Assembly: GCA_964106915.2 (NCBI GenBank)
Contig: OZ066916.1
Source: Podarcis gaigeae
Taxonomy: Eukaryota
Direction: 5' to 3' (one strand)
Length of the DNA stretch: 64,000 bases
Shown: piece after piece, positions 40,950 to 53,100 of the stretch
How the letters are laid out: the number at the start of each line of letters is the position of its first letter
Position numbering within the stretch: the stretch's first letter is position 1
Position numbers and translations under genes: made by a program
Notes under the pieces: model-generated
What the model was told of the DNA's origin: nothing
The model's database searches: none
The model's input: only the letters and a program-made list of their open reading frames with translations

Positions 40950-41340
40950 TGTGATGCTAATTGGGTGTAGTCATTGGACTAGGTTGGGAGACTCGGATTC
41001 AGGTCTGCACTTGGCCCTGGAGCTTGCGGGGTGATTTTGGGGTAGTCACTGTCTTTCAGCCTCAGCTGAAAGATAAAGAATTACCTGACGTTCAGAAGAC
41101 ATCTTAAGGCAGCCCTGTTCAGGGAAGTTTTTAATATGTAATGCTGTACGGTTTTTAACACTGATTGGGAGCCGCCCAGAGTGGCTGGGGAAAACTCAGC
41201 CAGATGGGCGGGGTATAAATAATAAATTATTATTATTATATTATATTATTCAGCTACCTCAAACAGTTGTTGTGAGGATAAAAAAATGGATAGTGAGAGA
41301 ATTAAGTATGCCTCCCTGGAGGAAATATGGGATATAAATG
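40950..41340 (+). mobile_element. MIR/CORE-like SINE interrupted by a LINE 3' end
   Basis: gtgattttgggg...tcactgtctttcagcctcagct [insert] acctcaaacagttgttgtgaggataaa resembles the CORE-SINE segment. Confidence 0.65.
41068..41249 (+). mobile_element. 5'-truncated L2-like LINE 3' end with (ATT)n tail and TCAGCT TSD
   Basis: agacatcttaaggcagccctgttcagggaagttttt...gggagccgcccagag...gatgggcggggtataaataataaattattattatt; TCAGCT at 41062-41067 and 41250-41255. Confidence 0.75.
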
Positions 41341-42690
41341 GTGTGTTTTTTTTTAAAGGAGTCCCCTGTTACAAGTTGAAGGGCAATCAAGTTCCCTAAA
41401 TTCCAGATAACTTGAGGAAATTACAAACAATTACCTTATGGAATGTTGTTATGGAACTCAGGACAAGGGTGAACAAAACAAAGTATGTAAATCGATTTAT
41501 TCCGTTTATAAACCCTGTTATGATTGAGTGTCACCTTCAGAGCTGGACAGAGGTCTTTGTTACTCATTAAATGTTGCCCTAGGAGGGGAATGAAATGTTT
41601 ACTTCTGGTATTTCTATCTCAAGCATCCGTAAGCGCAGATCTCTACCAGAGGCAGGGAAAATCTCAACTGGCAGGCTGCATGCTATTGTTATACCAAGGT
41701 ATTCTATGCCTTTTTATAATCCATTCCAGGAATTTACTTGGCGAGATGAAAGAGGAGATTACTCTTTCCTTCGGAGCAAAGAATACACACAAATGGTTGC
41801 TATATTTAGAAACCATACTCTGTTTTTATTGAGTTCATTCACGTTAGACAGGGTGCTTTCAGACTGATGCCTAAGACTGCCAACAGGTCATTCAGATATC
41901 ATACTCAGGTCATTGGCAACAGCCTTTAAAAACAAAAAACAAAAACTTACCAGCTTTTCCACAGACTGGGCAAATCCTGATTAACTGGTGAAAAAATATA
42001 TATACTGGCATTTTGATGCAAATAAAGTCCCATAGATGCTGGAGAAAACAGAAGCAGTACTGAACCCACAATACATATTCATTTGGAAGGATTCCTAGTA
42101 AATAAGCTGTTCTTGATACTGACCAAAAGAGCAATATGATGAAACAACAATAGACTGGGAGAAAATGTTCCATATTGTTTGAACTCCATTTCAGTGGGGA
42201 AATTCAGAGACAAGGGGCAATTCAGGGACAACAGTAATGCAGAGTGGACTGCTACAGAAACTATGAACCCCACTAACACTTTTATTCCTAGCTGTCATAG
42301 TACAAGTGGGAGCTGCAACAATGTTTTGCAGTGTCGAACTCTTCTTTTCAAGGTTCCACCCCCTTCCATTCCATCTCCTCCCTCCGTTTTTAATCCTCTG
42401 CATACCCTGCAACAGACCACCAGCATTCTATGCCCATTGAGCATTCTGTCCCAATCATCTGCTTGTGGAAAAGATATCCAAAGTAGATAGAGTAAAAATA
42501 CAAGGGGAGGGGGCTCCAATTTTCACCAGAGGGGTTGGACACAATTTCAGGGCCTAACAGTTGGTCATCTGCAGATGATCCAGACAGAACTCAAGGATGT
42601 GCGTAGGACTATTCTTAGGACAGCACCGGTTTAGACAGGTAGCACATTATATTTCCTTTGAAATCAATTGAACATTCAAGTTTAATAGTA

Positions 42691-43275
42691 CAGTGGATGT
42701 GGGTGGCACTGTGGGTTAAACCACAGAGCCTAGGGCTTGCGGATCAGAAGGTCAGTGGTTTGAATCCCCATAATGGGGTGCACTCCTGTTGCTCGGTCCC
42801 AGCTCCTGCCAACCTAGCAGTTCGAAAGCAGGAAGTGCAAGTAGATAAATAGGTACCGCTCCGGCAGTAAGGTAAATGGCGTTTCTGTGCGCTACTCTGG
42901 TTTGCCAGAAGCGGCATTATCATGCTGGCCACTTGACCCGGAAGCTGTACGACGGCTCCCATGCCCAGTAAAGCGAGATGAGTGTCGCAACCCCAGAGTT
43001 GTCCGTGACTGGACCTAATGGTCAGGGGTCCCTTTACCTTTACCTTGGTTTACGAACAGTCCTGTTTACGAACTATTCGGTTTACAAACTCCGCAAAACT
43101 GGAAGTAGTGTTCCAGTTAGCAAACTTTACCTCAGTCTATGCATGGAAGCTGGATGGTGGAAGGGCACTGGCAGCAGCAGACCTCATTAGGGAAAGCACA
43201 CCTCAGTTTAAGAACAGATTTGGTTTAAGAACGGACTTCAGGAACAGATTAAGTTTGTAAACCAAGGTTCCACTG
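42691..43275. mobile_element. Tc1/mariner (Tigger-like) MITE with left TIR split by a SINE
   Basis: TA|CAGTGG [SINE] TACCTTGGTTTACGAAC...GTTTGTAAACCAAGGTTCCACTG|TA. Internal sequence is related to the copies at 54195 and 55698. Confidence 0.8.
42695..43046 (+). mobile_element. Sauria SINE (older, CpG-decayed copy)
   Basis: Colinear with the 5966 copy; core GCCAACCTAGCAGTTCGAAAGCA and CCTTTACCTTTACCTT tail. Confidence 0.9.
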
Positions 43276-44732
43276 TATTTAAACTGAACTTAGGTGTACC
43301 AAACTTCCTTTGAATGCCACCCCCCATTGCCCTAATAAAGCCAATTTGTTGTCCCTCTTGGGACATATTTCAAATGGGTCATTCAGGAGTCCCTATTTTA
43401 GGCCAACCATCCTTCCCTTTCTGACGCTGGCAGAGACGCAGCCTACGGCTGACAAAATCACACTGACACATAAATTTGCATGCCTCCCTCCCACACGACG
43501 CAGCACACAGCCCAGCTGTTGCCATCTCTTATCCCGGAGGATTGCAAACAGGCAGTGTGGGCAATGACTGCAAGGTAGCACAGGCAAATATATAATCTTA
43601 ACATGGCTAACAGAGCCTTCCAAGAAATGTGTGACTCTGAGAAATATGATCTCTGTGCTTATTTTCTCCTGCAGAATGATTTCACCTAGGAGGTGGGGTG
43701 TTTGGCTCTACGGGTCTAACAAACTGCCATAGTTGGGGAGGAAAAGGAATGGACCTTAACTGTTGTCTCTAAGAGTTCTTTGCCTTCCACTTTTTGCTGT
43801 TGCTTCTTTGTGAGGATTCTTCCAATTACTTTGCACATGATTCAAAACAGAGTGGACTGTGGGGGTGCTGTAAAACAGAAACAAAAGCAGCCTAGCAGGG
43901 GAAAGGCCTGATCTGAACTTTGCAAGTCTTCCATTTGTAGGGAACAATTTTTAAAAACAAACAAGCAAACAGATAAAGGAGCCTTCAGAAATGTGGGACT
44001 CACCTCCAGCATGAAGTGGTAACATCCATTGCATCACCTCAGGAGTGCATTATTTCATTCTGTTATTGATGATGACCAGGAATTCCACTGGGCCTTCCTG
44101 CATAGAAAGGGCTATAAAAGGCTTTCTAATTGGTCCGGAACTTTGCCTGAGCAACCAAGTCTTCCAGGTTCTGGGCAATTCCTAGGTCCACCTCTAACAG
44201 CTATCTAGGGCTCATCCTTGACACATACTCAAGCATATTATTCTAATATGAGCTATAATATTACCCTGATGTTATTTTGCCCCAACAAGTCTAGTTATGG
44301 ATGCTGTTCAGCTTTAGGAGCATTTAAATAAGTTGTAAAAACCTCATATAATTCAACATTTATTCATAACTGGGTTCCCAGTGGGGAAGGGGGGAGGAGT
44401 GAAGATTTTAGGGAAAGTGCCGAAACATTAGTTGTTATTCAGCTAAAGCTAATCAGAACTATATCCCATTTGAGTTAATGACACAGCTTTGCTGCCACTA
44501 ATGAGGCATCTAATCATAAGCCTGCATTTTTTATCAAAGCTTATATATTTCAATCAGGGCCTGTATCTTAAAGATTTTCAAATGTTTCATGCCAGGCAAA
44601 AGACCAGCTGCCTAAAAGGCCTTGGCAATGTTTTTTCCTCCTAGACAAGGGGCCCCCTGATTTATAGCAGAAAACAATTCTCAAAGTCGTAAAAAGGGAA
44701 ATTACAGGCTGAGAGCAGACACTGATCCTACA

Positions 44733-45741
44733 TGTTACAGAAGATAAAAAAGCAGAGATAAACATAATTAGGAATGAGTAAATAATAAAATGATACCATG
44801 TGCCTCCCAGTAAAATGAGCCATATCTTCTTCCTAAGGTTAAAAAGGCCAAGAGCAATGGAGAGGCATCTAGCTGGCAGAAAAAGAGAGCATTTTAAGGA
44901 AATCTTTTAAAGCTGTTTTTTTTTTTTTAAACTGAGAGAGTTAAAGGGCAATAAATGTTGGGAAGAGCTAATGGGAAAGCAGCTGGCTGGAAAGGAGGGG
45001 TGAAAGGAGGGGTGTAAACTGAAGAGGCTTCTTTTGAAGCTGTTTTTTTTTTACTGAGTTCCTTTTTTACTTTACAAAGGCCTTATTCCTTTTAAAAGGC
45101 TACCTATGATAATGTATTAAATATATTGGCTTAAATGTAATTATGCAAAGGATTTAAGAAATGCTAGATTCTTATTTCATATAGTTGTAAGAGTTTTAAC
45201 TATCCTGAAATTAAGTCAGCCACCAGCCTAGCCCCCTGCCAGACAGGAGACGCCATAGAGCACTCCTGATATATAGTTGTCAGGCTTTTTGTTTAGAAAC
45301 CTTCACATGAAGGAGATCTTTCAATGTTGATGTGAACTCAAGATCCTTGACATCTGTTGAAGATAAAAATTCAAGATTAACTATCTGTTTTGGAAGGCAA
45401 TAGGGCAAGGAGGGCAAGAGGTGAGCTGGTAATATAGCTCTTTGTGTTCCATAAAAGGACAGAAGGAAATGGGTGTATCTTTTGTGATTGGTTCTAGCAA
45501 ACAGCCAATAGGAATTTCAACCAGGCTGATTGGACAGAGGCAGCCACAGGAGGAGCAAGGGGGCTGAATTAAGGAAATATAAGTGCTGGCCAGAATGGCA
45601 GGAGGCCAGGCCAGAGCTTGGTAACCATACCACTGTGCCTCTCATTTATTTGTCTGACAAATAAATTATTATTTTAATTTCTCTATTGCTGCGTTGAATA
45701 TTTCATTCCAGCTAAGCGTTAACCACAAGCAGGGTGCTACA
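44733..45741 (+). mobile_element. Possible solo LTR (~1 kb; left boundary uncertain)
   Basis: TGTTAC...GGGTGCTACA ends, internal duplications, CCAAT boxes (~45487-45533), AATATAAG (~45576) and AATAAA (~45660) in LTR order. Flanks ctaca/ctaac match only partly. Confidence 0.42.
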
Positions 45742-45759
45742 CTAACTTAAATCCCACTG

Positions 45760-45993
45760 CACCTTAAAACAGGATGAGGCAAATTCATGAAGGATAAAGC
45801 TATTCATGGCTACTGACCATGATGGTTGTGTTCTGTCTCCACTGTCAGAAGCAGTATCCTGCAAATCACAAGTGGGGGGAGTGCTGCTGGGCTCAGGTCC
45901 TGCTTGAAGATTTCCCACCAGTATCTGGTTGGCTGCTGTTACAGCAGAGTGCTGGCCTAGATGGGCCTGTGGCCTCATCCAGCAGGGCTCCTA
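45760..45993 (+). mobile_element. CR1 LINE 3' end fragment
   Basis: aaattcatgaaggataaagctattcatggctac...gtgctggcctagatgggcctgtggcctcatccagcagggctc. Related pieces occur at ~31674, 40545, 53510 and 57885. Confidence 0.7.
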
Positions 45994-45999
45994 AATCAC

Positions 46000-46000
<1 letters not shown>

Positions 46001-46036
<36 letters not shown>
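46001..46036 (+). repeat. (CA)n microsatellite, one interruption
   Basis: Direct reading. Confidence 0.95.
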
Positions 46037-46037
<1 letters not shown>

Positions 46038-46287
46038 GTGGTACTTTGGTTCTTGAACTTAATCCATTCGGTGAGTCCGTTCGACTCCCAAAACCTGTTC
46101 AAAAATCAAGGTGTGGCTTCTGATAGGCTGCAGGAGCTTCCTGCACTCAATCGGAAGCTGTGGAAGCCGTGTCAGACGTTCGGCTTCCAAAAAACTTTCG
46201 CAAACTGGAACACTCACTTCCAGTTTTGCGGCGTTCGAGAGCCAATTTGTTTGACAACTAAGCCGTTCAAGAACCGAGGTACCACTG
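46036..46287. mobile_element. Tc1/mariner (Tigger-like) MITE
   Basis: TIRs CAGTGGTACTTTGGTTCTTGAAC...GTTCAAGAACCGAGGTACCACTG|TA. Related copies at 57752-57835 (partial) and 59576-59807. Confidence 0.82.
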
Positions 46288-46499
46288 TACCAGATTTAAC
46301 AATATCACTGATGCTGCACAATTTCCTGGGGAAACAAAACATATTTTCTTGGCATTGAAACACTGACAAGGTTTTATTCTGGAGGGCCGCAGGTTCCCCA
46401 GGAACAGTCTCCATTTGACTGTCTAAAGTACAGCAAGAATCAAAGACCTCGCCCACTCCAATTTTCAGCAGCTCAAGGCCAGTTGAGTTATTCTTGACA

Positions 46500-46699
46500 G
46501 GGAAGGGCCACAGCTCAGTGGCAGAGCATCTGTCTTGCATGCAGAAGGTCCTAGGTTCAATCCCAGACATCTCCAGGTAGCACTGGGAGAGACTCCTGCC
46601 TCCAACCCTGGAGAGTCACTGCCAGTCAGTGTAAACAATACTGAACAAGATGGACCAACAGTCTGATTCAGTAGAAGACATCTTCCTCTGTTCCTATGT
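46500..46699 (+). mobile_element. Full-length tRNA-derived SINE (Squam3-like)
   Basis: A box AGCTCAGTGG, B box GGTTCAATCC, body ccctggagagtcactgccagtcagtgtaaacaatactga...gatggacc, tail tgttcctatgt. Confidence 0.82.
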
Positions 46700-47910
46700 A
46701 TTCTGGCACCTGAGACAGAAAAGCTCTTCTCCCTCCACACACACACACTGCCCCTGGCCATCAAAATACAACAGCAGTAAATTAAATAGCAAATACTTTT
46801 CTGCCCTTTCAAGACAGCTGAAGTGGCTGCATCACTCTGCGTAACAGTTGAGCCAGCTCTGCTTAAAATGTGTTGAGTGGCACAGTGCACCCCTTGGTAA
46901 ACGAACAACTGAAATGTCTGCTTCAGCAAACACGGTTTTTTATTATATTCTAATTGCTTCATAATGCCATTCACGCAGAAGTATCTTGGCACAGTTAATG
47001 TTTTGAGTAACTGATGAACTGTTGACTTTGGCTAAGTGAGTCAGTTCATAAACTGCGGAGAGAAAAAACAGATACCTCCAGCTCACGGTTGTTTTGTAAT
47101 GCCAACCACCAAGCAACGCTATACTGTCTTTAATGGAGAAGTCATTATGGGAAGGAAATAAATACTAAAGTCTCAAGGAGACCTCAAGTGGGCAAATTTG
47201 GAAATGAACTTGACTACAGCTACTCTATTCACCCTGGGAGATGGAGATGATGCGAAAACACTTCTGTCTGGGAAACCTGTCCTTGAACGCCACACAAAGA
47301 TTCCTGGGGTCTTTTTGCCTACAGAAAGCCAGAGAGCCTATAATAATACGTGACAAGATTTCATCACCTCCCATCGGTAAAGAAGTCACGTTTCATGAAG
47401 ACATGATTTTCCATTCATCTCTTTTGCAGTATCCCCGGAGGAAAAAATGGTTCTGTCCTGATTGTTTCAAATGTCTGTCCTTATACTGATGGTGGTTAAT
47501 AATAATTTTGGTTGTTATTTATTTTTATTTATTCTCCGTGTTTATTTTTTAAAAAACCCCTGAACATAACCCCCTTCAATTGAGCTAAATGAAATGCTCA
47601 AATTTATGTTTATGTTCATTTGTGGTTGATGAAGTTCACCTCGAATGCTAGTATTTTAGTGTATTTCACTCATTTTAGTTGCTAGTCGTAGGTCCCTATC
47701 TTCATCTTCAGTTGCAACCAGATCTGAGTAGGAGGAATTGCATTTGCCTCTATTTGTCCTTTATTACCTTTTGTTTGCTCTTTTGTTTATTTGTGTGTTT
47801 TTTAATTTTAAATTTGTTATTGATTTATTTAGGGTTGAGCTTTTTTTTAATTGTGCCCAAAGCTGATCAGCTTATTGGTCCAAACTGAGGGGGGAAATGC
47901 CTTTTTTTGA

Positions 47911-48016
47911 TTGCCATACATCCAGATTTTCCAGGACATTTTCCTGATTTCCACCTGGACACTGCTGCCAACTGTGGTATTCCGTATATGTCCAGAAAAA
48001 TCTGGATGTATGCCAA
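47911..48016. repeat. Palindromic MITE-like element
   Basis: Inverted arms ttgccatacatccagattttcc...gaaaaatctggatgtatgccaa. Confidence 0.6.
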
Positions 48017-48639
48017 TCCTGATTTGGTAACAAAAAATGTGCAAACAGAATAAAAAGAAAGAAAACAAAGAGACAAAAATCTAGTGAGATCTCGTTGGAA
48101 GCGGCTGCCACTTCTTACTCTCTGGCTGCATTGGCAGGGGTTGCCTACCAAATGCCCATGAAAATCCTAAATTCGGCACCTGAGCACCACAGTGCTCTCC
48201 CCTGTTAAAAATATACAATCTTTTCACTTACCCTTGAGAACACTGAGGAGCACAATCCCGCCAAAATTAAGTATTTTTAAATCTTAGCTGGATATGTGCT
48301 TAATTGCTTTCATGCACACTGCTAAGATATGACTGTGATTAAGTGGTATGCAAATTGTTAACTAAAATGTGAAAAATCGACTGCAGACTTGCTCAGTTCT
48401 GGCTGATGCCTCGGGATGTTGCTTTGCTTTAAGAAATCTAGGAAGACAGATTCGAAGGGCACAAGAATTAATTACCGTAATTAATTAGCTCCCCAAGGGG
48501 CGCAGCATTGGGGGGGTCACCACAGAAAAGGCTCGTCTCCTCCCCACCGATCGGACTTCCTTAAATGAACCTACATTGAGTGCCCCCTTTAACTCCTCAA
48601 AGCGACGCTTTCTCGGGCCGTGTAACTCTCAAGAAGCTA

Positions 48640-50170
48640 GATTTCAAAGGTCTGCGCAACGTTAACTCTGAATTTGGTTAAATTGACCGGTTCCACGACA
48701 GCTAGTCTCCAGCAAAGCGTCAGGCACAGGCGAGCAAGCCTTAGGTGGTCCGCACCGTCTGCGATCACGTGCGATGCCCATGTGGGGTACTTTATTTTAT
48801 AGCAGCAGCTGCGTTGGTGGGTGACTAAAACCTGGTGACTAACACCACTGCAGAGACGAAAACCAACAACCGGGCAGGTTCAGAGAAAATCCCGAGTCCA
48901 CTCCCGCCTCCAGGGACAAGGACAGCCGCAGCCCGAGGCTTCCTGGCGCTTCTCCCCAGCCTCCCCACCCGCTAAGCTCCAAACGTCCCCTCGGGCTCGC
49001 CGGCGAGGGACCTTCGAATGTTTCCCCGGAGCCTCGAAGGCTCTTTCGTGACGTAGCCGAAGGACGCCCTCCTCCTCGCGCGCCGATTGGCTGAAGCGCG
49101 CGGAGGCGGTTGCCGAACGTCGCTGTTTGTGTTTGAACGTTCCAGCGGGAGGGTGGGGCGAGGACGGCTCCGTCGGGCAGGCGGCCGATTCGCTGCTTGA
49201 GCAGGGCGACCCTCCCCCCCCCCCGGCTGGACGGCGCGGCGCGATGGTGCCGTCTCGGTGCGTGAAGAGCGAGTACATGAAGCGCTTCAAGGAGCCCAAG
49301 TGGGAGGCGTGCGGCCCCTGCTACCAGGAGCTGCTGCGCTACCGCCTGAGCCGGCGCCTTTTGGAGCAGGCGCACCGGCCCTGGTTTTGGGACGGCTGGG
49401 AGCAGGACAGCAGCCAGAGCGGCGGTGGCTCCCCGTCGCCCCCGGGCACGTCCAGCCCGCCGGGTGGCCAGCAAGGAGAAGAAGCAGCGGCGCCTGGCGA
49501 AGCTGGCCTGGGCGGGGCGGCGGCAGCAGCGGGGGACGCCGACAGATCCTGTCCCGAGGAGCCCTTGCACGGGCCGGGTATGTTCCTCCGCCGCCGAGGG
49601 GAGAGGAAGAGGACGGCCTGCCGGAATGACCTTGAGCCATTCTCCGGGAAGGCGGGCGGAGGGGGCGCTGGGAGCCGCGGCTGCAGAGATGAGTCGCTGG
49701 GGAAGGAGGGAGGGAGCTGCAGTGGCCGGATGTCCCTGCTCTGCAATGGAGCTGCCGCTGGATGTAAATGCGGGGCGGGGGGCGCGCGGAGGAGAAAGCG
49801 GCTTTCCTGGGTTTTAAATAAATCTTAACAGCTGGGGCTCCGCGTCCGGCTTGGCTCTTGAAGCCGCCCTCCCCTCCGCGCGCATCGGGAAATGGAGGGT
49901 GCCAGGACCGTGCAGGCGCTTCGGCCTCTTGCCGCCGAGTGGCTTCGCGGCTCCTCCTTACGCGTCTGTTGGGGAACGGGCGAAGGCGGCCATCGAGGGC
50001 CACGGACGTGGTTGCTGCCAATACTCGGCCCCTCCCTCCGGCGCCCACCCGGGTCCTTCCGGGGGCGAGAGATCTCCAGCTGGATCGTCCCCGCCGAGAA
50101 GCGCTTTCGCCCTCGGGAGGCACTTTCCTCGCTTGCGAACGAATAGATTGCTACCGCTGACGTAACAGCG
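48640..50170. promoter_or_regulatory. CpG island over the CCSAP promoter and first coding exon
   Basis: Very high GC and CpG content. TGACGT 49049-49054, inverted CCAAT 49086-49090, TTTGAA 49132-49137. Confidence 0.88.
49244..49577 (+). CDS. CCSAP: CCSAP first coding exon
   Basis: Kozak-like gcgATGg; donor CCGG|gtatgt, phase 1. Confidence 0.9.
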
Positions 50171-53100
50171 GCATTTTGGAAACCCATCTTTGACCCAAAT
50201 GGAAAGGGACGATTATTTCTCTCCAGCTTTGCGCTTTGCTGGCAGGAAAATAGGCCATGCCCCACTTGCATTAAGGCTTTCTTTTGAAATTTATTCGTGT
50301 AGGGTCAGAGATAGGCCTGGGGCTTTTTGGCCAATGGAGGACCAGCTCGAACAGGGATGATGTGAGTTGTAGGACAGAAATCAGGATGGGGCTACAGGTT
50401 CTCCATCTCGGACTTACTAAGGATGGTGCGACTCCTGCTTTGCGACTTAAATTCGCAGCCTTATGATAAATAATATCTATCTAGAGAGCAGATGGATGCC
50501 AACAACAACAGTATCTAGAGAGCAGTGCAGAAATTATGCTACCCCATAAGGCAGGTGTGGGGAACTTTTGGCCCTCCAGGTGTTCCTGAACTACAGCTCC
50601 TTCATCCCCTGGCATTGACGATGCTTGCTGGGGTTGGTGGGAGTTGTAGTTCAGCAACACCTGGAGGACCAAAGGTTCTCCACACTTGCCGTAAGGATGA
50701 CGCCATTCTTTTAGCCACTCTTTGGTGGTAATAGCACAATGCCCTGTTCTATGCAGAATTAGGATTGCTTTAAGACCATGGAAATCTTAGGCGCACAGAT
50801 AAAAACGAGCCTGTTTCCTCTGGGTTTACTTGCAGACTCTAGAATCTGTTTTCCGAAAAAGTGAGACAAAGCTTAATGATCTTACTATGAGTGAAGGGTT
50901 AGATCTGCATCCCTGACAACACTTCTTCCAGACTAGTACATTATTATTATTATTATTATTATTATTGCTCTTGAGTATTGCTGTTGGCACCAGTGGAGCC
51001 AGCTTCAGAGAATGCAGCTTTGATTTCATCCCCAAAGTTTCTTGATCTCTTATAAGCTTTTTGGAATGACCTCACCAATAGCATTTCAATGGCCCAAACT
51101 GAAATACCAGCACAGTACTGAGAGTACACTCAACTCAGTAGTATTCTGAATAGAATAACCCTAAAAAACACTCTGAAATTCCTTTGGTTTTTTTTCTGAT
51201 TTAACAGAAAGTAAAAGTAGCTTCTTTATTTAGTTACAGTATTTATAGCCTACTCATCACTGAATATTTTCAACCCCAGAATAAGGATCAAAGTAATAAA
51301 ACCATTACAAACTAATATAAACAGGTCCAACAAGCAACAAATCAACAGTTCTTTCATAAGGGAAGCAACAATGCTATAATGATAAACATTAAACTTTCCA
51401 GTTTAACCAAATCCCTAGGTAAAAAAAAAGAAGACATTCGAACAGATTAAACAACCAACAATTCCCACCCTATTTTTCATTTCTGGTGGAGATGCTGATG
51501 TAATCCACTTGCTTCCCACTATCTCTCATACAAAGAAGGCTCCACTCTGTGCCAGCAGACTCACTTCGTAGATTTTGAACAGCTTCCATCTCATCCAGGC
51601 TCTTACCCTGAGCATGGGTGTAGCCAGGGGGGCAGGTGCCCCCCATCAAGTAAATCAATAAGAATACAGTAGTTAAGTAATAGAGGTTCTGCCCCCACCC
51701 AACAAAAATCCTGGCTACACCCATGGGCCTGAGTGGTATAAATTGTTGCTCACAAGGATCTACAGCAAGAAACCCCTCCTACTTGACCATGGAAGCAACA
51801 GTAGTTGAAAAAAAAAGCAAAAAAGAAAAAGAGGTTGGCAATAAGGCCCTGCTAGTGTTTCTCTCCCAGTCCTGTCAAAACTCCTGGGTCTCCAAGTCGG
51901 TAAAGCTACTAGGGAGGAATATGCAGGTGGATTTGTTGGCCTCTCCCAACTCTGTCCTCCTTACCAGCTGCCACAAACCGCATTCAGGGTCCTCTAGGGA
52001 AATTAATGTGCTTCTCTATATAGACTGTGCCCTAGTTCTCAGAATACACTTAATTAGGAGATGTTTTACACAGTACACAGCAGCAAACTCAGATTGGCCA
52101 TTAAGTGCATTCATAACAGGGGAGCAGCAACTCATGCAGTCTGCTTGATTGTACCTGCACAATTTATGTATACACAAATGGAAGTTTGGTGTGTCACACA
52201 TAGTCTTTTTTCCTCTCCACTAAACCTTTTAAAAACATAAATTTGTGAAGTGTCCTATGACATTGGTTGAGTCTAGGAATGTTACCTTGCTGACAGCTGG
52301 GATCAAATTTTTAAAATGGATTTTCAAATGCTCATGATATCAAATGTGGGCAGATACCACCTGCAAACTGAAACAAATGTGCATGACTTATATGTGGAAT
52401 ATACTATCAGCAGATACAGCAATGGTTGGCAGGATAACTCCATGCAAGTACCCCTATACAAATTTGCAATACTTCAGGTTTGCTAAGATAATCAAACCTT
52501 AATACGAATGACAGCATGGAGTTTTCTCTGTGCTGTGCTTCCTGGACAGTATTTATCTGGAACTTAAAAGCATTGTCACAAATGTGACACTAGCGTAGAT
52601 AACCTAGTCTTCTGATGACACACTGGTACCTTGGAGGCAAAGACATTTCCTCTATAGAAGGTTGGTTTTTATTTTTGACACTGATCTCTTTTCCTTCGTT
52701 ACTTCCCATTGTATGATGAAAATCGGTATCATGCCTTGACAAGCAAGAGTAATGATGAGGAAGAACACTGTGTGCGTATGCATGCACAGTGGGCTCAGCA
52801 TTTGCAGAGACTTCTTTAGTTGTCAGTGATTCTCACACGGATTCATGGCTGCTTATGTAAGTTGTTGCCATGGCATCTTGCATCTTTAAAATTGCATAAG
52901 CTTTCATTCTCCAGCCAAAAATAAGGCACTAACAAGAGCAGGGACTATTACATGCTAGGTGCAAGAATTGTAACGTAGCCGCAAACGGCATCACTGTGGC
53001 AGCCAAGCTGGTGCGTGATGGGAGTTGTGTTTTTTAACAGCACAGGCTCCATAGCCGCCTTTGATCTGGCCTCTTGTATAGGAGAAGGCATTGCATCTTT

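Noticed and set aside
46500-46575. tRNA-Ala(TGC)-like cloverleaf
   Set aside because: The acceptor stem does not pair, the T-arm is mismatched, and it continues into a SINE body and tail found elsewhere in the window. It is a SINE head, not a tRNA gene.
49127-49243. 39-aa N-terminal extension of CCSAP in the ORF track
   Set aside because: It starts at TTG inside the presumed core promoter. Homology begins at the ATG at 49244, which has a good Kozak context.
48839-50271. Long antisense and alternative-frame ORFs (243 aa, 278 aa)
   Set aside because: Shadow ORFs of the GC-rich CCSAP exon and CpG island, with no recognisable domains.
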